From Pseudomonadota bacterium (GTDB lineage: Bacteria; Pseudomonadota; Gammaproteobacteria; Steroidobacterales; Steroidobacteraceae): DNA of 64,000 bases. The position numbers and the translations under genes are program-made. The DNA is taken from the NCBI GenBank assembly GCA_018240525.1, contig JAFEFN010000014.1:108487-172486 (forward strand), in the 5' to 3' direction. Shown piece after piece: positions 57,707-64,000 of this stretch (its first letter is position 1; the number at the start of each line of letters is the position of its first letter). The notes below the pieces were generated by a model, which saw nothing but the letters and a program-made list of their open reading frames with translations, did not search any database and had not been told where the DNA came from.

Positions 57707-58096
57707 ATGGAAAGTGACGCACAACAGATCCGCAGGATTCACGCCGCCTGGATCGAGGCGGTCAATGCCGGTGACCTTGGCCGCCTGCTCGCGCTGGTGA
57801 CCGACGACGTCGTGTTCCTCAGCCCGGGCGCGGCGCCCCTGGACCGGGCGGGATTCGCGGCCCATTTCCGCACCGCGCAGCAGCAGGGACAGGTCCACTG
57901 CCACAGCGAGCTTCAGGAGGTGGGCGTTGCCGGCGACATGGCCTATGCGCGAAGCCGCGACGCGCTCACCGTCACACCGCACGCGGGCGGGGCGGGCGCG
58001 AAACTCGCCGGGCACCGCCTCACGCTCTACCGCCGCCAGCCGGACGGGCGCTGGCTGCTGGCGCGCGATGCCCACACCGTGACGAGCGGCGGATGA
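57707..58096 (+). CDS. SnoaL-like / DUF4440 (NTF2-fold) protein
   Basis: In-frame ATG at 57707 within ORF 57536..58096 (SD GAGAGG). QIRRIHAAWIEAVNAGDLGRLLALVTDDVVFL.. is typical of the family. Confidence 0.65.
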   Translation: MESDAQQIRRIHAAWIEAVNAGDLGRLLALVTDDVVFLSPGAAPLDRAGFAAHFRTAQQQGQVHCHSELQEVGVAGDMAYARSRDALTVTPHAGGAGAKLAGHRLTLYRRQPDGRWLLARDAHTVTSGG

Positions 58097-58160
58097 GGCT
58101 CCTGCGACCCCCGCCTCGTGCATAATTCGCACCTTCCGCCGGCGGACTGAGGAGACCTCC

Positions 58161-59528
58161 ATGCAGCCAGACGAGGTGCGCACCAGCGCGCACGCCAGGG
58201 CGATCGTCGAGGAGCGCGGACTGACTCACGTGAAGGTGGGACTCTTCGACAACGACGGCATCCTGCGCGGCAAGTACATCGATCGGGCGAAGTTCCTGTC
58301 GGCGCTCGAGAAAGGCATGGGCTTCTGCGACGTCGTGCTGGGCTGGGACTCCAACGACCAGCAGTACGACAACGTCACCTTCACCGGCTGGCATACCGCC
58401 TTCCCCGATGCGCCGGTACGGCTGCTGCCGCAGACCTGCCGCGCGCTGCCCCTGGAGGGCAACATGCTGCTCTTCCTCGGGGAGTTCGCCGGCAGCGCCG
58501 AGCAGGTGTGCCCGCGCGCGACGCTGCGGCGGGTCCTTGAGCGCGCGGCCGCCCTGGGCTACACCGCCAGCGCCGCGGCGGAGTTCGAGTTCTTCCTCTT
58601 CGAGGAGACCCCGGCGAGCGTGCGCGAGAAGAACTACCAGAACCTGCGCAGCCTCACCCCCGGGTATTTCGGTTACTCGATGCTGCGCAGCGCCGTCCAC
58701 ACCGAGCTCTACCAGCAACTGCTGCAGCTGGCCGAGGAGATGCGCATGCCGATCGAGGGGCTGCACACCGAGACCGGGCCGGGAGTGCTCGAGGCCGCGC
58801 TGCACTACACCGAGGCGCTCGAGGCCGCCGACCGTGCGGCGCTCTTCAAGACCTTCACCAAGGTCCTGGCGCAGCGGCGCGGGCTGATGGCGACGTTCAT
58901 GGCCAAGTGGTCGGCGAGCCTGCCCGGCCAGAGCGGCCACCTGCACATCTCCCTCGCCCGCAAGGACGGCACTTCCGCCTTCTACGACGAGGCCGCCCCG
59001 CACACCATGTCGCAGCAGATGCGCTGGTTCGTCGGAGGCCAGCAGGCGCTCATGCCCGAGCTGCTGGCCATGGTGGCCTCGACCGTCAACAGCTACTCGC
59101 GCCTGGTGCCCGGGTTCTGGGCGCCGACCAGCGCCACCTGGGGCGTGGAGAACCGCACCTGTGCGCTGCGGGTCATCCAGGGCGGCGCCAAGGCGCAGCG
59201 CGTGGAATACCGCATCGCTGCGGCCGACCTCAACCCGTACCTGGCGATCGCGGCGGCGATCGGGTCGGGACTGTGGGGCATCGAGCACCGCATCGAACCG
59301 GACGAGCCCATCGTCGGCAACGCCTACGACCGCAAGCTTCCCGCCCGGCGGCAGCTGCCGCGCACGCTCAACGAGGCGGCCGGACGCCTCGCCCGTTCCA
59401 AGGCCGCGCAGGAGCTTTTCGGGGCGCCGTTCGTGGAGCACTTCGCCGCCAGCCGCGAGTGGGAGGAACGCCAGTTCCAGCGCGCCGTCACCGACTGGGA
59501 GCTGGCCCGCTACTTCGAGATCATATGA
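58161..59528 (+). CDS. glutamine synthetase family protein (gamma-glutamyl-amine ligase-like)
   Basis: ORF 58161..59528 (SD GAGGAG). GS beta-grasp and catalytic domains (..FMAKW..GQSGHLHISL.., NRTCALRVI). Confidence 0.8.
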   Translation: MQPDEVRTSAHARAIVEERGLTHVKVGLFDNDGILRGKYIDRAKFLSALEKGMGFCDVVLGWDSNDQQYDNVTFTGWHTAFPDAPVRLLPQTCRALPLEGNMLLFLGEFAGSAEQVCPRATLRRVLERAAALGYTASAAAEFEFFLFEETPASVREKNYQNLRSLTPGYFGYSMLRSAVHTELYQQLLQLAEEMRMPIEGLHTETGPGVLEAALHYTEALEAADRAALFKTFTKVLAQRRGLMATFMAKWSASLPGQSGHLHISLARKDGTSAFYDEAAPHTMSQQMRWFVGGQQALMPELLAMVASTVNSYSRLVPGFWAPTSATWGVENRTCALRVIQGGAKAQRVEYRIAAADLNPYLAIAAAIGSGLWGIEHRIEPDEPIVGNAYDRKLPARRQLPRTLNEAAGRLARSKAAQELFGAPFVEHFAASREWEERQFQRAVTDWELARYFEII

Positions 59529-60910
59529 GCATCAGGTCCATCTCCCCCATCGACGGCAGCGTGGTGGCCGAGCGCACACCTGCCTCGGCCGAGCAGATCG
59601 AAGCGGCCCTGGCCCGCGCCCGGGCCGCGCAGGTTCTGTGGCGCGAGGTTCCGCTCACCGAACGCGCGCAGATCATCGAGCGCTTCTGCCTGGAGTTCGA
59701 GCGGCGCGGCAGCGAGATCGCCACCGGCCTCACCTGGCAGATCGGCCGGCCGATCCGCTTTGCCCCGAGCGAGGTGCGTGGCACGCTGGAGCGGGCCCGC
59801 TACATGGCGGGAATCGCCGCAGCCGCACTGGCCGACGTGGACCCAGGTCCCAAGCCGGGCTTCAGGCGCTTCATCCGCCGCGAGCCACTGGGCGTCGTGT
59901 TCACCGTCGCGGCCTGGAACTACCCATACCTCATCGCCGTCAACAGCATCGTACCGGCCCTGATGGCCGGCAACGCGGTGCTCCTGAAGCACTCGGCGCA
60001 GACCCCGCTGTGCGCGGAGGTTTTCGCCACGTGCCTCGAGCGCGCCGGGCTGCCGGGCGGGGTCTTCCAGGTGCTGCACCTGCGGCACGAGGATACCGAG
60101 CGGGTGATCGGCGATGCCCGCGTGGACTTCGTGGCCTTCACCGGCTCGGTCGCCGGGGGCCATGCGGTGCAGCGGGCGGCCTCGCAGCGCTTCATCGGCG
60201 TCGGACTGGAGCTCGGGGGCTGCGACCCGGTCTACGTGCGCCACGATGCCGACCTGGCGCACGCGATCGAGAACATCGTGGATGGCGCCTACTTCAACTC
60301 CGGCCAGTCCTGCTGCGGGCTGCAGCGCATCTACGTGCACGAAAGCATCTACGAGCGCTTCACGCGCGGCTGCATCGACCTGGTGCAGCAGTATCGGCTC
60401 GGGGATCCGCGCGAGCAGGAGACGACGCTGGGGCCCCTGGTGCGCACGGCCGCCGCGGACGCGGTGCGCGCGCAGGTGCGCGCGGCGGTGGCAGACGGTG
60501 CCAGGCCGGTGATCGACGAGCGCGCCTTTGCGCTCAGCAAGCCGGGCACCCCGTACCTCGCGCCGCAGTTGCTGCTGGACGCGCCGGTCGGCTCGGCGGT
60601 GATGCGGGAGGAGATCTTCGGGCCGGTCGCCGGCCTCATGAAGGTGTACTCGGATGCGGAGGCCGTGACCCGGATGAATGACAGTGACTTCGGCCTCACC
60701 GCCGCGATATGGACCGCCGATGCCGCCGCCGCCGAATCACTGGGTGCGCAGGTGCGCACGGGCACCTGGTTCATGAACCGCTGCGACTACCTGGACCCGG
60801 CCCTGGCCTGGGTCGGCATCAAGGACTCCGGGCGCGGCTGTACGCTGTCGGCGATCGGCTACGAGCACCTGACGCGCCCCAAATCATTCCATCTGCGGGT
60901 GACGACGTGA
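59525..60910 (+). CDS. aldehyde dehydrogenase family protein
   Basis: In-frame ATG at 59525 within ORF 58907..60910, overlapping the upstream stop (ATGA). Motifs AAWNYPY, GLELGGCDP, NSGQSCCG, EEIFGPV. Confidence 0.85.
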   Translation: MSIRSISPIDGSVVAERTPASAEQIEAALARARAAQVLWREVPLTERAQIIERFCLEFERRGSEIATGLTWQIGRPIRFAPSEVRGTLERARYMAGIAAAALADVDPGPKPGFRRFIRREPLGVVFTVAAWNYPYLIAVNSIVPALMAGNAVLLKHSAQTPLCAEVFATCLERAGLPGGVFQVLHLRHEDTERVIGDARVDFVAFTGSVAGGHAVQRAASQRFIGVGLELGGCDPVYVRHDADLAHAIENIVDGAYFNSGQSCCGLQRIYVHESIYERFTRGCIDLVQQYRLGDPREQETTLGPLVRTAAADAVRAQVRAAVADGARPVIDERAFALSKPGTPYLAPQLLLDAPVGSAVMREEIFGPVAGLMKVYSDAEAVTRMNDSDFGLTAAIWTADAAAAESLGAQVRTGTWFMNRCDYLDPALAWVGIKDSGRGCTLSAIGYEHLTRPKSFHLRVTT

Positions 60911-62073
60911 GCGAACCTCTCAAGGCGAACTGGAACTATCCGACCACGATCTGGGCAGGGCCCGGCCGCATCGCGGAGCTACCGGCCGCATGCGCGCGCC
61001 TCGGCATCCGTCGACCCCTGCTGGTGACCGACGAGGGCCTGAAGGATGCGCCGATGGTGCGCGCGGCCCTGGCGCTCGTGCCCGGGACCGGACTGTTCGC
61101 CGGGGTGCGCGGCAACCCGGTGGCGGCGAACATCGAGCAGGGACTCGCCGCCTACCGTGCCGGCGGGCACGACGGGGTCATCGCCGTCGGGGGCGGCTCG
61201 GCGCTGGATGCGGGCAAGGTCATCGCCTTCATGTCCGGCCAGACCCGACCCCTGTGGGATTTCGAGGACGTGGACGACTGGTGGACCCGGGCCGACAGCC
61301 GCGGCATCGCCCCGGTGGTGGCGGTCCCCACGACCGCCGGCACCGGCTCCGAGGTGGGCCGCGCGGGCGTGGTCATCAACGAGCAGACGCACCAGAAGAA
61401 GATCATCTTCCACCCGCAGATGATGCCCGGGGTGGTGATCAGCGACCCGGAGCTCACGGTGGGGTTGCCGCCGAAGATCACGGCGGCGACCGGCATCGAT
61501 GCCTTCGTGCACTGCTTCGAGGCCTTCTGCGCCCCGGGCTTCCACCCACTGGCCGACGGCATCGCTCTCGAGGGCATGCGCCTGATCCAGACCTACCTGC
61601 CGCGGGCGTGCGCCGACGGGGGGGACATCGAGGCGCGCTCGCGCATGCTGGCCGCGGCCAGCATGGGTGCCACGGCCTTCCAGAAGGGGCTGGGGGCCGT
61701 GCACGCCATCGCGCACCCGGTCGGTGCCCACTTCAACACGCACCATGGACTGACCAATGCGGTGATCCTGCCCTACGTCATCGTCCACAACCGGCCGGCG
61801 ATCGAGTCACGCCTGGCGATCATCGCGCGCACCCTGAACCTCAAGGGGGAGCCCTTCGCCGCGGTGTTCGACTGGGTGCTGCAGTTCCGCAAGGCGCTGG
61901 AGATCCCGCACTCGCTCGCCGAGATCGGGGTGCCGCTCAGTAACCCGGACATCATCGGCCACGAGGCCTCGCTGGACCCCTCGGCCGGCGGCAACCCGTT
62001 GCCGACGGATGCCCCGGCCTACGCGCGGCTGTTCCGCTCGGCGGTGAAGGGCGACTTGCGCCTGGGCGGCTGA
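60907..62073 (+). CDS. iron-containing (group III) alcohol dehydrogenase
   Basis: In-frame GTG at 60907 within ORF 60709..62073, overlapping the upstream stop (GTGA). Motifs GGGSALDAGK, PTTAGTGSEV and the His cluster ..AIAHPVGAHFNTHHG... Confidence 0.85.
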   Translation: MSEPLKANWNYPTTIWAGPGRIAELPAACARLGIRRPLLVTDEGLKDAPMVRAALALVPGTGLFAGVRGNPVAANIEQGLAAYRAGGHDGVIAVGGGSALDAGKVIAFMSGQTRPLWDFEDVDDWWTRADSRGIAPVVAVPTTAGTGSEVGRAGVVINEQTHQKKIIFHPQMMPGVVISDPELTVGLPPKITAATGIDAFVHCFEAFCAPGFHPLADGIALEGMRLIQTYLPRACADGGDIEARSRMLAAASMGATAFQKGLGAVHAIAHPVGAHFNTHHGLTNAVILPYVIVHNRPAIESRLAIIARTLNLKGEPFAAVFDWVLQFRKALEIPHSLAEIGVPLSNPDIIGHEASLDPSAGGNPLPTDAPAYARLFRSAVKGDLRLGG

Positions 62074-62075
62074 CT

Positions 62076-62930
62076 TCAGCGCCGGCGCTGCGCGTACGGC
62101 AGGACCTGCGACTGCAGCCAGTTGCTCAGCTCGGCAAGCTGGCAGGCGCGGTGCCGCACGCCCGGCCCGAGTCCGTGCTTCCAGCCCAGGCGCAGGTCCT
62201 GGGGATCGGCCATCAGTCCCCGCAGCTCCGTGACGTAGGCGTCGAGCTCCCGCGGGTCGGCGAACAGGCTCTCCCCGAGCAGCGTCGGCCCGTAACGAAG
62301 CGCCGTGGCCGCGATCTCGGCGAAGGTGTATTCGGGGTGGTACTGCACGCCCCAGCATGCGCCGCCGGCGTGCCGCACTTCGAGGGCCTGCACGCCCATC
62401 TCGTTGCGCGCCAGCACCGTGCAATCGGGAGGCAATTCCCCCACGTCGTCGCGGTGCACCGTGATCGCCTCGAAGACGGTGGGCTTGTGCGCGAACATCG
62501 CATGCGAGCGTCCGGCCGCCGTGAGCTCGATGCGCCGGCCGAAGCCGAATTCACGTCCCAGGGGATTGGGCCTTATCCGGCCACCCGCGGCGGTCACCGC
62601 CACCTGCATGCCCCAGCAGCTGCCGAAGAACGGCATGCCGGCGGCAAACACGGCGCGCGCCAGCTCGACCTGCCGCTCGATGTGCGCGCCGCCGTCATAG
62701 ACGTTCAACGCCGAGCCGGTGATGGCGACGGCGTCGAAACTGCCCAGGCCCGCGCCGGGCGAAAAATGCACCTCGCCGTCCGCCGGATGCACGATCTCGC
62801 AATGCACCTGCGCGAGCGTGGCGAGCACCTCGGCGTAGCCCTCCCCGGAGGCGGACCCGCCCGCGGCCACCTGCTGCGCGCGCGTCGCCGCGCGGTTGCC
62901 ATCGATCACCAGTACGTTGGCGCGGCTCAT
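62076..62930 (-). CDS. class I glutamine amidotransferase-fold protein (gamma-glutamyl-amide hydrolase-like)
   Basis: In ORF 62076..63371, with ATG at 62930 (MSRANVLVIDGN..). Nucleophile elbow FFGSCWGMQ and the His/Glu region GVQYHPEY. Confidence 0.75.
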   Translation of the reverse strand: MSRANVLVIDGNRAATRAQQVAAGGSASGEGYAEVLATLAQVHCEIVHPADGEVHFSPGAGLGSFDAVAITGSALNVYDGGAHIERQVELARAVFAAGMPFFGSCWGMQVAVTAAGGRIRPNPLGREFGFGRRIELTAAGRSHAMFAHKPTVFEAITVHRDDVGELPPDCTVLARNEMGVQALEVRHAGGACWGVQYHPEYTFAEIAATALRYGPTLLGESLFADPRELDAYVTELRGLMADPQDLRLGWKHGLGPGVRHRACQLAELSNWLQSQVLPYAQRRR

Positions 62931-63428
62931 CCGGCCCGCCCCGCGTTGCGGCCCCGGGTCGCGCGGGCGAGCGCGCGCGCACCGGCGAGACGGCCCCTGG
63001 CCGGCGACTGGAATCGAAGCACTGAGTTCATGTCGGTATCGCTGTCGAATGCGGGGGCATGAAGCGCCAGAGCATGCACCGGACCTGCGGATACGCAAGC
63101 AGGTCCGACACGGACGCGTCAACGCACCGCCCGGCCGGTGCAGGGAGGCGGTCGGCCGGGCAGCGCTTTCCTGACCGGGCGATGAGATCGCAAGCTGATG
63201 ATTTATCGGCGACTCTGCGACTCCTGCCCCGTGCAACGATGGCGCGATGGCTGTGCGAGTGGCTCGCACGATGACTGCCGGATCCGATCGCGGTACGGAT
63301 TTGGTCCATTGCACCGCCGGGCTTGTCAATCCGCGACATCCTTGCGCGGGCCTCCTTCCCGCGGCGGCCATTCCCCGAGCGTACGGTCACCTCCTCGCAC
63401 GCACATGCGGCTCAGCTCGGGGGAGGCT

Positions 63429-63437
63429 TGCTAGAAT
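63429..63437 (+). promoter_or_regulatory. candidate extended -10 promoter element (TGcTAGAAT) for the permease gene
   Basis: TGCTAGAAT lies about 25 nt upstream of the ATG at 63462. No convincing -35. Confidence 0.25.
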
Positions 63438-63461
63438 CGGGGCGAAACATCAGGGGTGCGA

Positions 63462-64000
63462 ATGACTAAATCTGTCGCCACGGCTCCAGCTGACAGCGGT
63501 ATGGAGCACTTCGGATACAAGCAATCGCTCGACCGCGGCATCGGTAAATTCGGCAGCTTCGCCGCCGGTGTCAGCTACATCTCGATACTCACCGGCACCT
63601 TTCAGCTCTTCTACTTCGGCTACGGCACCGCGGGTCCCGGTTACCTGTGGTCCTGGCCGATGGTGCTCGTCGGACAGCTCGCCGTCGCGCTGTGCTTCAT
63701 GGAACTGGCCGCCAAGTACCCCGTGGCCGGTTCGGTCTACAACTGGTCCAAGCAACTGGGCAGCCGCATCGTGGGCTGGTCGGCCGGCTGGCTGATGCTC
63801 ACCGCCTCGATCGTCTCGCTGGCGGCGGTGGTGCTCGCGCTGCAATTGAACATGCCGCGCATCTGGCACGGTTTCCAGATCGTCGGCGACGGCACCGGCC
63901 CCTACGACTTCGCCACCAACGCGGTGGTCCTGGGGACGGTGCTGATCGTCTTCACCACCGTGGTCAACGCGATCGGCGTGCGGCTGATGGCCATGATCAA
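63462..64000 (+). CDS. APC-superfamily amino acid/amine permease, N-terminal part; continues beyond window end
   Basis: Absent from the ORF track because it runs off the right edge. The open frame from ATG 63462 reads MTKSVATAP..GKFGSFAAGVSYISILTG..MELAAKYPVAGSVYNWSKQ.., which is typical of APC permeases. Confidence 0.75.
   Translation, partial: MTKSVATAPADSGMEHFGYKQSLDRGIGKFGSFAAGVSYISILTGTFQLFYFGYGTAGPGYLWSWPMVLVGQLAVALCFMELAAKYPVAGSVYNWSKQLGSRIVGWSAGWLMLTASIVSLAAVVLALQLNMPRIWHGFQIVGDGTGPYDFATNAVVLGTVLIVFTTVVNAIGVRLMAMI

Noticed and set aside
58020-59441. 473-aa minus-strand ORF
   Set aside because: Antisense to the GS-like ligase gene. No motifs.
63028-63390. 120-aa minus-strand ORF, plus overlapping 71-, 72- and 78-aa plus-strand ORFs, in the 530-bp intergenic region
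   Set aside because: Arg/Ser/His-rich translations, no SD and no recognisable family.

Overview
High-GC (not computed) proteobacterial-type chromosomal DNA, densely coding with about 60 genes. I saw no rRNA, tRNA, CRISPR array, transposase or integrase. Because of the GC content the ORF track holds many long antisense shadow ORFs. I chose frames by recognisable protein families, signal peptides, Shine-Dalgarno sites and 4-nt start/stop overlaps.

Left to right:
- A cyclic beta-1,2-glucan synthase gene (5' portion, running off the left edge), divergent from a GH144-like glucanase gene that is coupled to a flavoprotein reductase homolog lacking its redox cysteines.
- A two-component module: NarL-type regulator, single-domain receiver and CHASE3 histidine kinase.
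- A stress-type island: Fe-SOD, an ElaB/YqjD-YqjE-YqjK-like triad, a lipoprotein and a 44-aa microprotein.
- A degenerate GGDEF protein, a beta-helix repeat lipoprotein and a DUF885 protein.
- A polyamine-type module: a glutamine-synthetase-family (GS-family) ligase and a SpuC-like aminotransferase.
- A corrinoid uptake locus (BtuB-like receptor and a BtuFCD-like ABC transporter), each unit preceded by its own cobalamin riboswitch.
- DUF488 and DUF3175 genes, then two convergent approx 1000-aa VPS10/BNR paralogs.
- The most interesting region (32.2-47.6 kb), organised around an HpaR-like MarR regulator. A minus-strand operon carries a TonB receptor, a VanA-like Rieske oxygenase, a PLP amino-acid decarboxylase, an aldehyde dehydrogenase, a tryptophan tryptophylquinone (TTQ) amine dehydrogenase (heavy and light chains) and a mono-haem cytochrome c. 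It sits back-to-back with a complete homoprotocatechuate meta-cleavage operon (hpaG1G2E-ligAB-type dioxygenase-hpaFHI).
- A secreted S41 peptidase and a secreted amidase.
- Two divergent dimethylglycine/sarcosine-dehydrogenase-like paralogs and a choline sulfatase.
- A gamma-glutamylation-type cassette: GS-like ligase, ALDH and Fe-ADH, with a convergent amidotransferase-fold hydrolase and an APC permease running off the right edge.

All functions are assigned by eye from motifs. No database search was run.
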